From positions 62,001 through 126,000 of the forward strand of contig NIVC01000825.1 in NCBI GenBank assembly GCA_002269645.1: DNA of 64,000 nucleotides. Reading direction: 5' to 3'. This document shows positions 45,957-58,900 of the stretch, in pieces (the stretch's first letter is position 1; each line of letters begins with the position of its first letter). The position numbers and the translations under genes were made by a program. The notes beneath the pieces were generated by a model. It had not been told where the DNA came from and did not search any database. It saw only the letters and a program-made list of their open reading frames with translations. Origin of the DNA: Macrostomum lignano. Taxonomy: Eukaryota.

Positions 45957-46601
45957 ATGAAGATCTACAACAGCAGGATTTCGCTGCTGCTGATTGCTTC
46001 AATTTTTGCTGCTTTTGCTGTGCATCATTGTGAGTGCCAACTAGCAGTCTGTTTGTTTCAATTTCTGCTTATATTCGGCGCTGTTGCGAGTCTGCATTTA
46101 GTATAAAACAAAACTACTCATTTTTATACATTTTTTATTATTTTTATGTAACTTTATGTCAGGCTTTGCCAGCAGATAAACTATTCTCAATTTCATTGAG
46201 CAGGCAGCCCCCTGCCTCAGTTGGACGACTCAGTGGCACAGCTTGACGACTCGGAGTGGGATCTGAGCGCAGACAATGACACCACGGTCTCAACCGACCA
46301 GACGACTGGCTCAACAGAATCTACAAGCGGCTTCACAACGACCGGCCCATCGGACAACTCAACATCAGCCGAGCCGCAGAGCACGCCAGACAGCTCCGGC
46401 ACAACCGCTGCGCCGACGACAAGCGGCACAACGTCGAAAGCCCCGACGACGACGACGACGACGACAGCTCCGCCGTCTGGCGGCTTCGACGCCGGCTCGT
46501 TTGTTGGCGGCATCGCCCTGGGCGCTGGCCTGGTAGCCCTCGGCCTGTTCGCCTTCACGTTCTACAAACGGCGAACAGGTCGCTCCTATCAACGGATGTA
46601 A
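45957..46601 (+). CDS. CD164/porimin(TMEM123)-like sialomucin, paralogue 2 (156 aa)
   Basis: Exon 1 45957-46029 (MKIYNSRISLLLIASIFAAFAVHH, T|GTGAGT) and exon 2 46204-46601. Ser/Thr mucin stalk, FDAGSFVGGIALGAG TM motif, C-terminal YQRM (YxxPhi). Confidence 0.9.
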
Positions 46602-48031
46602 CAGAGAATTTGACTCTTCCATTTTTGAATTCGCGCCAAATTTAATTGGCTTCGTTTAAACAAAAAAATCGTTGTTTGCGGGTAAGAGGCTCCGGAGTAT
46701 CGGGGGAATTAATTTAATATGAAGATTGAAATGAACTGTAGACAGAGACAGATGCTTAATAAAACCCTGTTACTCTGCTGGTTCGCCTAAATTAAATGAG
46801 ATTACAACACCAAAAAATATATTCCTTGCTCGACATCATTTCACAACGATAAAAAATATCCCCAGTCTTCGAGGTGAACTGTTTTTGAGAAGCATAAAAA
46901 CCTTGAACTTTTCACTAATCCGTGTCATGCCTTATGCTATCCAGAATGCCGCTCTTGTTACTGTTTTCACCATTTTTTGCCTGTGATTCTATAATTTCCT
47001 ATATAAATTTCTGATTGCAAATAATCCAGTAAAAGTACAAATTTTATATATACATATTTACGTACTTCTATTGAATTGCATAGGTATTTGGTTAAATAAA
47101 ATTTAAACTGCCATGTGCCCTTGGAGCCCACACGACTGAAAGCATCGACCGTACCCAATGCGCAGGTCTGTACAACAAGCAAATATAAAATTTGCGCCTA
47201 TAGAGCTACTGACTCGAGTCTGTTATCTTACTCTGTAGGGTTGCTTTATCGGAATTTGAGCACAATCCGAAGCAGTCGTAGTGGCTACACAGTGTGACAA
47301 TGGGGCTGCTGCCAAGCCAGATCTCAGACCAGTTACAGACTTAACTTGTACTCAATGGCCAGACTTCATTTTATTGAAAGCTTAGCTCATTTAATCCTTG
47401 GAACGCGATAACGGACAAGTCATAAATGTCTTATCTGAGCAGCACCGCATGCGACATCGCTGCTTGTGCTCAAGAACTACTGCAGCCTACAAGATATCTT
47501 AGTAGCCCCAGAAGATTATAACTGTAACCTACCGAAAACCGTTAAAGCAATAAAGTAAGAACAAAATATATCAATGAGCCACTTTGGAGTGGTTGCAGGT
47601 CTAGCAGATTATTATTATTACCAGAAATTGACAATTATAAACGGCCTCAAAAGCTCAAGAAAACGTTGTGTAAACATCTGCAAAAATACCGAATGGCCAG
47701 AAGACGAAAAAAGAACTGAAAAAACACAAAAATAAACCATTAACAGTTGTAAACATCCATGAAAATCGGTTTATTATAATTTAACAACAAATAACTGACA
47801 GCGAATTGTCAAAACAGACAAGCAGGAAACACAGAAACAATAAATGAAGTGTTTTTTATATAATTTTGTATATTAAAAATTTCTTCAAAACTCAGCAAAA
47901 CGTAAACCGGTCTAATAAGTTCAAAACAAAAGGAAAACCAAAGCTAGTTAAATTTTTTTTCGCTTTTTCTGAGCAAAAGAATCTAACTACTGCTCATCAG
48001 TAGCATATATCGACTGGGCGGGAGAGAAGTC

Positions 48032-50219
48032 TCAGGAGTCGCCAATATTTGACTGCTCGTCGGGCTCAGGCTGCGACGGCAATTCCTGCTGAGGCATCGG
48101 CGGGGCCGGATAGGCATAGTAGTACTGCTGCTGCTGCTGGGCCAGGCTCTCTACAGGCAGGTAGCCGGCCTCGCTAACCGGCATGTAGAGCCGGGGATCG
48201 ATGGCCGAGCTGTCAACATAGTAGATTGGCTGCGGCTGGTCCTGCGGCTGGGCGGCCTCGCCGACGGCGCCCCTGAGATGGTACAGGCCCTGGATGCACT
48301 GCAGCTCGTTGCTGGACACCAGACGGAGCGACTCTGACGCGGCGTCGACAAACATCGACGACGCTGACGACTGCTGTTGACCGTCGCTGCCGTCTGTCGC
48401 TCCGGCGGAGCTGCCGATGGCGAAGGCCAAGGCGCCAGACGGGTCGATATCTCCGCTTGGCTGCGCCGGCTGGCAGCGATAATTAGTCACGTGATCGGTG
48501 AGGGCGGCCAGACTAGTGAAGCAGTAGTGACAGTTCTGGCACTGCAGTATGGTGGCTGCGGAGTATCGGCAGGGCGGAGTGTGAAGATAAGAAAAACTAG
48601 TATAGTGGACTAGCGGACTCCCCCGCTGGGTGAAAATCTTGTTTTATTCAACTTGAACCATAAAAATAACAGAATATAGTGTAGCACAGCCACCCGAACC
48701 CGTACTAACCATACTGCTCGGTGAACGCGGAACCAGCGAGCGGAGCTTCCAAATGCGGATAGAAAGTTTGAGCGGCTGCAGGATGCCGGAGAACAGGTTG
48801 AGATAGTAATAAAAGTGATTATACTATAATAAAAATGCGCCTGACCCTCTGTATCTGTCACCCCCCCCCTCTGTAGCTGGCACCCCCTCTGTAGCTGTCG
48901 CCCCCTCTGTAGCTGGCACCCCCTCTGTAGCTGTCGCCCCCTCTGTAGCTGGCGCCCCCTCTGTAGCTGGCGCCCCGAGAAGCTGGGAAATTACCCGAGA
49001 AAATCTCCCGCAGGTAATTCCCCAAGGCCTAGACCCTTGAATCCCCTACTTGACATTTCTTCTGCCCAGCATTTGAGCTCTTGGAATCCACCCTACCCTG
49101 AGCGCTGCTCGAATCTGCCGCGGCGCCCTCAGCCTTGACCTTCGCAGCCTTGGACTGGCGCCGGGCTTTCACAGCTTTGCGAATGTCCTCCTTGTGCTGC
49201 CGCCGCTCGTGAGCTAATTTTGCTTCCACTGATTGACAGTCGAGGCCGCAGAAATTGCACTTAGCCGACTGCGAGTGCTGCTCGGCGTGATCGAGCGCCA
49301 CTCGTTTGAGGCCGAACTGCAGGCGGCACAGGCGGCACTCGTAGGCTCGTCTGCAGTGCAATATATAGTGTCAGACCAAGGACTCCTAAAGTTTCTCGGA
49401 AAATTTTAGGAATTTAGGTTTTACCGGAAACAAATGTTGCACAACTCGATTCATTCGTTTTAAGAATCTTATTTTTCATGCTTAGCTAATATTAAGTAAT
49501 AATTTTATAAATTATAATCTTTACAAACAGTAATGAGCCTTCAGTAAAGTAGAATGGAAGGCGTTTAATTATATTAGGCTAATATAGGCCATATTTATGA
49601 AAGCCTACGCCTAAAAGTCAATATTGTCTTATTTTTCTCAATGTTAAAATCATTGTAGTTAAAAAACAACTTTGCTTTGAGTAGTCTTTGAGTCAGGTGC
49701 GTTAGGCCTCCTTATATTATGCGAGCTTCTCGATAGGCCCCCATTACCAAAGCTCAATAGGCTAAATTCTCTGGTGCATCTACTGATGTGATTATGCCAC
49801 TAGCAAATGGGATCTCGCACCTGCGCGGCCAGATATTGAGCGCCCTATCGCCAGTCAAACTCAGAACATCGAGCTGGTCGTTGAACTTCTCCCTAGCCCG
49901 GATTCGAACCGGATCAAGCGGCAGCGGCTCGGCCGATGCCATCCTGGACAGCGGCATTGTGGCCGCTTCCAGGCTGAGGGTGCAGACGACGCGGAAAACC
50001 GTTGGATCGCCTGGCCAAGGACCGGCGCAGGAAGGATAGCAGATGGACCCGCTGGTGCTGCAGCATGTGACTCTCGAATAGGAACGGCTTGTCGCAGGTG
50101 GCGCACTGCAGAACGGGCCCGGTGACGCAGTCGGTCGGTCTTTCCTGCGCTGCGAAATCTTGCGGGTTGCATGGGACTAACTCGTGATAGGTGCTGCTGT
50201 GCTGTTCCATCATTGCCAT
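48032..50219 (-). CDS. C2H2 zinc-finger protein (3 C2H2 + 1 C2HC, ~400-413 aa) with a +1 frame discontinuity in exon 1
   Basis: Exons 50219-49821 (AG|GTGCGA), 49350-49097 (G|GTAGGG), 48775-48710 (G|GTTAGT), 48555-48032. Fingers CATC..HQRVH, CRLC..HAEQH, CNFC..HERRQH, CQNC..H..C. Exons 2-4 phase correctly; exon 1 is 1 nt too long for the phase-2 junction. Confidence 0.72.
48860..48975. repeat. 18-bp minisatellite (CCCCCTCTGTAGCTGGC-like), ~6 copies, zinc-finger intron 2
   Basis: Read directly. Confidence 0.85.
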
Positions 50220-52976
50220 TAGCAACTTGATTGTTCTGAAAGAATAGGTTGCTTAATAAAGTTATAACTACAAGGCATAATGGTGCATTTTTTAATTTAA
50301 AAGGCATTAACTTATACGTGATTAAAATAAATATCCTTATAGATTTCATTGGTTGTTCCATCATCTGGTTCCATCATTCTATTATTTGTTTTCAAATAAT
50401 GAGTCATGAGTTATTATGAGCTAGAGATTAATTAGTTTCTTTTTAATGGTGACTTTTTATTCAAAACAAATAATAGCAAATAATAGTAACAGCATTTTAC
50501 TTTTAAATTAAAGTTTATAGATCATTAATTGTGGATTAAGCTAGCCTCTTACTATCAGCATACCTTAGAAAATATAACTTCAAAGAAGTTGCAAAGCTTA
50601 ATAGTTTAAATGCATTTCAAATGCATTAGATAAAATTTATTGAGTTGCAATAGTATGTATTTTATTTGTGTTTGTACATTTATCAATAAAGGCAGGTGGC
50701 TTAAATAAAAAAATTGTGAAATATAAGAATTTTAATACTATATTGTAAAAATCGACCAAAATAAAAGTTCAGAATAAGCGTAGAAAAAGTAACAGCATTT
50801 AAGAAATTAAAAAATTTTATTTTATTACCCTGAAATCTAGGAGTGGTAAGGATCATCATAAAAATTAGTTAAAGCATTGATTGTAAAAATCGTTAAAAAA
50901 ACTATTTATAAACAGTTGATTTTCTGTTTTAAATAATTTGAGAATACAATGGGTTAAGTTTAAGTACTCAATGTATACTGTTTTTTTTGCTTTTTCAATA
51001 TCTATATGTTCTGGTTAATGTCATAGTCACCTTTTGATATGAATACTGTTTTACTATTGTTTTATAGCTTATTGCCAATATATAATTTAACACATACGAT
51101 GCAAGTTATTTGCAAGCATCTGACTATACTTCACTAATCGCACTCCTTAAGTATTTAAAAAAATACTGTATGCAAAAAAGCACTAGTACTGCATGCTAGC
51201 ATTGTAAAAAAATGAAATCGGTTGAACAATTTTTCTACAGTTCTTTCAATACTTAAGAACCTAAAATTGGAAGTCAACTAATTTTTAATCGATGTACATG
51301 TAAAAAATGATCTACGAACTTACCTGAAACTTTATTGAATCCAATAACTGCAGCAGCACGTAGCACGGTTTGGCAAACCACGAAAATTTGAAAAAACGTT
51401 CTCCTGTACTCGAGGGCAATTTACATTTCAACTAAAAGAAACTTTTATCACCTTAATGAGTTTTTAAAGCTACTTTTTAATTTACTCTACAACGAAATCT
51501 ATATTCGCAAGTTTTTTGTGGAATATTTTGTTTAACTGTTTTCGCTCTAACGTTTTTATGCAGGTTCGCTTAATTATATTTAATCAGGTTGGATGACACA
51601 CTTGCAATGTCACAAAATTTATTTATGCAGCTTTACTCTTCAACTATAAAAATTGAGTTTCAGTTTGATTCCAGTCCGATCAATTAGACAAGTGCAGTTG
51701 CCAATATAGAAAACAAGAGAAGCGCAATTGAAGTGTCGTCTATACGGATCATAATTTCGTAGAGTTAGTTCATCAAAAAAGGGTTTTGATCCCATCCTTA
51801 AAATTGTAGGACGAGAATAATCTGTTGATAAATCTCAATTAATAATAGTTACACTTTCAGCTGTTTTCCAATAGTACATTTCCATGACCAAAGTCCATAA
51901 AGCTTGTAGGCAGCTTCCCGTGATCTTCGGTGTTCAAAGATAAGAAATAGACAATTTTGTGGTAAAAAATCCCATATCTCGTTAACTGCATTTTAAAGTG
52001 AATACATTTTAATTTGATTCAAAGGTTTACATGTATATGTATGTGCGCATGTTAACTTTGTCTTTGAATGTCTTTGAACAATCAAAAATTTATTTATTCA
52101 CAGTCGTTTTTAAGCAATACCATTCAAAGCAGGCAAATACGCTCCGTGATTTATTGCAGTTTGAGCTTTGACAAAGTCACGTGACCGAAATCGATGAACA
52201 AACAACGGAAGAAGGTGTATAAATTTAATCAGGTAAGACAGATAAAAAGTGAGTATATTTATAGTTATGATTCGGATGTACAGTAGATCAATTTACATGT
52301 AGGTTACATACGATTGACATACGACGTGAAATTGCAACAATAGTCAACAGTTCGCTGAGCTTTTATTATAATAGTGCAAGAGAATTGATAAAAAAACTGC
52401 TGTTTATTTGATTTGCCCCTTGGACTAGAAAAGCCGCTCCCCCAATTTTTATTCCTAGAAATGCAAAGTGCACACAAAAAATAAACTAACGAACAGGAAC
52501 GCCGTTTAGAAACCAAACTATTCAAATTTGCGCGTAAAAAAAGAGGCCAGTTACACACAACCTTATAAAAACAACTTGATCTGTGCGCGTAGAGTAAGTA
52601 GTATAGTAAGTAGTAACAACGAAAAAGGCATGAAAGAAGCAAAGAAGCAGTAGGAGAGTTGCAGCTGGGGAAAAGGATAATTGAAACGAAAAGAGACGCG
52701 CGCGCGCAAACAACCGGTCAAAATCAAGAGCTGCTTGGAGCAGGAAATACTAGTTAATTAGTACTCAGGTACAAAACAGTGGCCCAAAATATAGTCATTG
52801 GACTAAACTGACTCGATAAAACACATGTAAGAATAAGTATAGAAAAAGTATAAGCACTCAGGTAAAAAACTGATACGTAAATTTTGTATATAGACTATCT
52901 AAAGAATGAAAGGGGCTGATGATCTGTCTGTCTCAGCTGCGTGCCTTTGTACAGAAAAATTGTTCTTGTAAGCCAG

Positions 52977-55900
52977 TCAGCACTCGAACTCGCGGGTTGT
53001 GAGGCCTTTCAGATCTTGAATGAGGCCGTCCAGAGTCTTTGTCATGTCCATGTCCTCCGTGGACAGGTTAAACTGAAATTGTGGGCGGGAGAAACTTTGC
53101 ATTAATTACAATCTGGATTATCATAGGGATGTCAGCAGGATCCGTAAGTTATCAGATGGATCAGTGTGTGTCAGAGGGACATGATATGTCAGAGGAATCC
53201 ATGGGGTGTCAGAGGGACCCTTGGGGCGTCAGGGGATCCATGAGGTGTCAGAGGGATCCATGGGGTGTCAGAGGGACCTATGATATCTCAGAGGGATCCA
53301 TGGGGTGTCAGAGGGACCTATAGTATCTCAGAGGGATCCATGGGGTGTCAGAGGGACCTATGATATCTCAGAGGGATCCATAAGGTGTCAGGGGATCCAT
53401 GGGGTGTCAGAGGGACCTATGATATGTCAGAAGGATCCATGGGGTGTCAGAGGGACCTATGATATCTCAGAGGGATCCATGGGGTGTCAGAGGGACCTAT
53501 AGTATCTCAGAGGGATCCATGGGGTGTCAGAGGGACCTATGATATCTCAGAGGGATCCATAAGGTGTCAGGGGATCCATGGGGTGTCAGAGGGACCTATG
53601 ATATGTCAGAAGGATCCATGGGGTGTCAGAGGGACCTATGATATCTCAGAGGGATCCGTGGGGTGTCAGAGGGACCTATGATATCTCAGAGGGATCCATG
53701 GGGTGTCAGAGGGACCTATGATATGTCAGAAGGATCTATGGGGTGTCAGAGGAATACATGGGGTGTCAGAGGAATCCATGGGGTGTCAGAGGGATCCGTG
53801 GGGTGTCAGAGGGACCTATGATATCTCAGAGGAATCCATGGGGTGTCAGAGGGACCCTTGGGGCGTCAGGGGATCCATGAGGTGTCAGAGGGACCCTTGG
53901 GGCGTCAGGGGATCCATGAGGTGTCAGAGGGATCCATGGGGTGTCAGAGGGACCTATGATATCTCAGAGGGATCCATGGGGTGTCAGAGGGACCTATAGT
54001 ATCTCAGAGGGATCCATGGGGTGTCAGAGGGACCTATGATATCTCAGAGGGATCCATAAGGTGTCAGGGGATCCATGGGGTGTCAGAGGGACCTATGATA
54101 TGTCAGAAGGATCCATGGGGTGTCAGAGGGACCTATGATATCTCAGAGGGATCCATGGGGTGTCAGAGGGACCTATAGTATCTCAGAGGGATCCATGGGG
54201 TGTCAGAGGGACCTATGATATCTCAGAGGGATCCATAAGGTGTCAGGGGATCCATGGGGTGTCAGAGGGACCTATGATATGTCAGAAGGATCCATGGGGT
54301 GTCAGAGGGACCTATGATATCTCAGAGGGATCCATGGGGTGTCAGAGGGACCTATAGTATCTCAGAGGGATCCATGGGGTGTCAGAGGGACCTATGATAT
54401 CTCAGAGGGATCCATAAGGTGTCAGGGGATCCATGGGGTGTCAGAGGGACCTATGATATGTCAGAAGGATCCATGGGGTGTCAGAGGGACCTATGATATC
54501 TCAGAGGGATCCGTGGGGTGTCAGAGGGACCTATGATATCTCAGAGGGATCCATGGGGTGTCAGAGGGACCTATGATATGTCAGAAGGATCTATGGGGTG
54601 TCAGAGGAATACATGGGGTGTCAGAGGAATCCATGGGGTGTCAGAGGGATCCGTGGGGTGTCAGAGGGACCTATGATATCTCAGAGGGATCCATGGGGTG
54701 TCAGAGGGACCTATGATATCTCAGAGGGATCCATAAGGTGTCAGGGGATCCATGGGGTGTCAGAGGGACCTATGATATCTCAGAGGGATCCATGGGGTGT
54801 CAGAGGGACCTATGATATGTCAGAAGGATCTATGGGGTGTCAGAGGAATACATGGGGTGTCAGAGGAATCCATGGGGTGTCAGAGGGATCCGTGGGGTGT
54901 CAGAGGGACCTATGATATCTCAGAGGGATCCATGGGGTGTCAGAGGGACCTATGATATCTCAGAGGGATCCATGGGGTGTCAGAGGGACCTATGATATCT
55001 CAGAGGGATCCATGGGGTGTCAGAGGGACCTATGATATGTCAGAAGGATCTATGGGATGTCAGAGGAATACATGGGGTGTCAGAGGGATTCATGGGGTGT
55101 CAGAGGGATTCATGGGGTGTCAGAAGACTCCATGGGGTGTCAGGGGGTCCATGGGGTGTCAGAGGGATCCATGTATGTCAAATGGATTTATGTAGTGTCA
55201 GATGGATCCATGCAGTGTCAGATGGACGTTAAAGTCGAGCGAAGGATGTCAGAGCGGAGATCAACGTTATCTTAAACGATGCACAAAGTGTTTGGATGCA
55301 CCAGCCGCCAGTAGCGGAACGAGCGCACCGGAAAAGTGCAACAGTGCATCGTAACAAATGGGAGATTAGCTTGGCCTAGCTTGTAAGCCCCAGCTTACAT
55401 TTCGAGAGTTCTGACTCTCCAGAGTGAGGCTGCCTACAGTGGCTTGGCTGTTCCTGAGCTGCTGCTGCTGCTGGTGCGGGTGCTGCTGCTGGTGCTGCCT
55501 CTGACCGGACGCCGGGCTCAGAATGTCCGGCGCAGGGTACGGCCTCGAATGCGTCGACGTTGACATCAGGGAGCCGGCAGCGGCTGCGTGTCGCTGCTTT
55601 GAAGCCGAGCCGATGGACGAGCTGAGACTCGAATGGGGACTAGACAGCTTGCCGGCTGCAGGTGGGCGGGGTTCGGGACATTGTCACTCTTACATGGGCA
55701 TTGTCACTCTTGCATGGGCATTTTCATTCTTACATGGACATTGTCACTCTTACATGGGCATTGTCACTCTTACATGTCACTCCCCCTCTTACTCAGAGCA
55801 TTGTCACTCCACCCCCCTACTCAGAGCATTGTCACTCCACCCCCCTACTCAGAGCATTGTCACTCCACCCCCCTACTCAGAGCATTGTCACTCCACCCCC

Positions 55901-58900
55901 CTACTCAGAGCATTGTCACTCCCTCTACTCAGAGAATTGTCACTCCCTCTACCCAGAGCATTGTCACTCCCTCTACTTAGAGCATTGCCACTCCCTCTAC
56001 TCAGAGCATTGCCACTCCCTCTACTCAGAGCATTGCCACTCCCTCTACTCAGAGCATTGTCACTCCCTCTACTCAGATAATTGTCACTCCCTCTACTCAG
56101 AGCATTGCCACTCCCTCTACCCAGAGCATTGTCACTCCCTCTACTCAGAGCATTGCCACTCCCTCTACTCAGAGCATTGCCACTCCCTCTACCCAGAGCA
56201 TTGCCACTCCCTCTACCCAGAGCATTGTCACTCCCTCTACTCAGAGCATTGTCACTCCCTCTACTCAGATAATTGCCACTCCCTCTACTCAGAGCATTGC
56301 CACTCCCTCTACTCAGAGCATTGTCACTCCCTCTACTCAGAGCATTGCCACTCCCTCTACTCAGAGCATTGCCACTCCCTCTACTCAGAGCATTGTCACT
56401 CCCTCTACTCAGAGAATTGTCACTCCCTCTACTCAGAGAATTGTCACTCCCTCTACTCAGATAATTGCCACTCCCTCTACCCAGAGCATTGTCACTCCCT
56501 CTACTCAGAGCATTGCCACTCCCTCTACTCAGAGCATTGTCACTCCCTCTACTCAGAGAATTGTCACTCCCTCTACTCAGAGAATTGTCACTCCCTCTAC
56601 TCAGATAATTGCCACTCCCTCTACCCAGAGCATTGTCACTCCCTCTACTCAGAGCATTGTAACTCCCTCTACTCAGAGACTCGCACTCTCTCTACTCAGA
56701 GCATTGCCACTCCTTTTACTCAGAGACTCGCACTCTCTCTACTCAGAGCATTGTCACTCCCTCTACTCAGAGCATTGCCACTCCCTCTACTCAGAGACTC
56801 GCACTCTCTCTACTCAGAGCATTGCCACTCCCTCTACTCAGAGCATTGCCACTGTTCTACCCAACACTACCCAGACCAATCGAAACGGCGACTCACGCGA
56901 GGAAAAGTCAGGTGCGTCGACCCTAGGCGGCGAAGCAACGGAGTTCAGCCGCTGGCCGCCCTGCTGATGCGAATAGGAGCCGCTGCCGGAGTTGGACAGA
57001 TTCCGGAAATGCCCGGCTACTGACGGGTTCGGCACCGGCCCCGACTCCAGCAGCATCTGCGGCGGCGGCGGCGGCGGCAGCTGCATCGACACCATCGGAC
57101 GAGCGCCAACCCCGGCATAGTCGGCGGGCATGGCTCGAAGTTCGAAATCGGCGTGACGGCATAAATCTGGTGTGTGCTGCTGCTGCTGGAGCTGGTGCTG
57201 CAGCTGGCGATGGTGATGCTGCTGCTGCTGGAGCTGGTGCTGCAGCTGGTGCTGCAGCTGGTGGCTGGCCAGCAGGGCCGCCGTGGAACTTGGCGGCATC
57301 GACAGAGGCGACGCCGTACTGAGCATGCCGGGTCCCGGCGGCGGCTGCATCGACTGCTGCGACTGAGGAGGCGACTGCGGATGCTGCTGCTGCTGCTGCT
57401 CGGGCCCGCCGCCGATCAGGCTGGCGCTCTCTTTGGCGCCGCGGGCGCGCTGTTGGCTGTCGGCGGAGCGGCGCGGCCGGCGCTGCTGGCACATGCAGAC
57501 CACGGCTGTGGAGACGGCCAGCAGCAGCAGGGCCAGGCCGAACACGCCGCCAATCAGCAGCCACCAGCGCCGGCTGGACAGGCCGTCCGACTCGGCCCCG
57601 TCCGATAAGTCTTTGTTCGGGGGGGAGTTAGGGGAACAAAGAGTTTAAAAAGGAAATTTTAACTTACTACTCTGAAAAGTTGACAGTTGACTCACCACGC
57701 TGCAGCACGGAGTCCGTGTTGTAAACCACGCCGCCGCCTTGACCAGACGCTGCGGAGTGAGTGATTAGTGCTGAAGTATTAGGGTCACATCAATCCCAAC
57801 CAGATTCACAAGAATCCCAACCAGATTCACAAGAATCCCAACCATATTCACAAGAATCCCAACCAGATTCACAAGAATCCCAACCAGATTCACAAGAATC
57901 CTAACCAGATTCACAAGGATCCCAAACCACATTCACAAGAATCCCAACCAGATTCACAAGAATCCAACACAATCCACGGCACTCACAGTCCGGCATCATA
58001 AACTCGATCGCGTCGCTATCCGGCCCGAATCCTTCGCTATTTCCGGCTCGAACCCGGAAATAATAGTGCGTAGACGGTCTCAAACCGGTGATGACCACCT
58101 GAGTCTCTGCTGTCGGCATAGCGTGCTCGGACCCTGCCGGTTTGGCACTATTCGAGCTAACCGGCCGATAGAGCACTGTGTACTTTGTAATTTTACCATT
58201 GGGCTCGAGCGGCGGCAGCCAGGACAGCATAACGGACATTGGCAGGGTGGACCGGCTGATCTTGAGGTCGCGCGGCGGACTCCCCGGCGCCTCGGGCTCT
58301 GTTGAGAAGCTCGCCCTCAGGCTGAAGCTGGACGGCACGACGGTTTGGTCCGAGGCCAGGGCCAGGCAGCGGACCCGAACCGAATAGGCGGTGCTGGGCC
58401 GCAGGCCGACAAGTCTCGCGCTCAGCTCGCTGGTGTTCAAACGCCAGGATGACGGAGTCTGCGGCTGCGGCTGCTGCTCGGCCGTCTCCAGCGACCACTC
58501 AACCTCGTAGATTCGGCGGCCGCTAGACGGCTGGTCGGCCTGCTGATCCGTCCAGGAGACTGTCGCATTGCGGCTGCCCACCTGCGTGGCCTTCAACGCC
58601 ATTGGCACCTGCGGCAGCGGGCGTTCGGCTGAGGGAAAACCGGAGGGAAGCTGTCTGTCTGTCTGTCTGTCTGTCTAGCTGTCTGTCTACTGTCTACCTG
58701 TCTATCTACCTGGCTGCCTGTCTACCTGGCTGTCTGTCTACCTGGCTGTCTGTCTACCTGTCTATTTACCTGTCTGTCTAAATGTCTGTCCACCTATCAG
58801 TCTACCTGCCTGTCTATTTGCTTGTCTACTTGTCTGTCTACCTGTCTCTCTACCTGTCTGTCTACCTGTCTACCTGTCTGTCTATCTGTCGATCTGTCTG

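Noticed and set aside
49890-49913. tRNA T-arm-like hairpin CCGG-TTCGAAT-CCGG on the - strand
   Set aside because: No D-arm or anticodon arm at the right spacing, and it lies in the probable coding frame of the zinc-finger exon; likely chance.
55523-57023. 453-aa HCHSLYSE repeat ORF suggesting a metal-binding protein
   Set aside because: A 24-bp array antisense within a frazzled intron, interrupted by indels at its ends; no independent gene signals.
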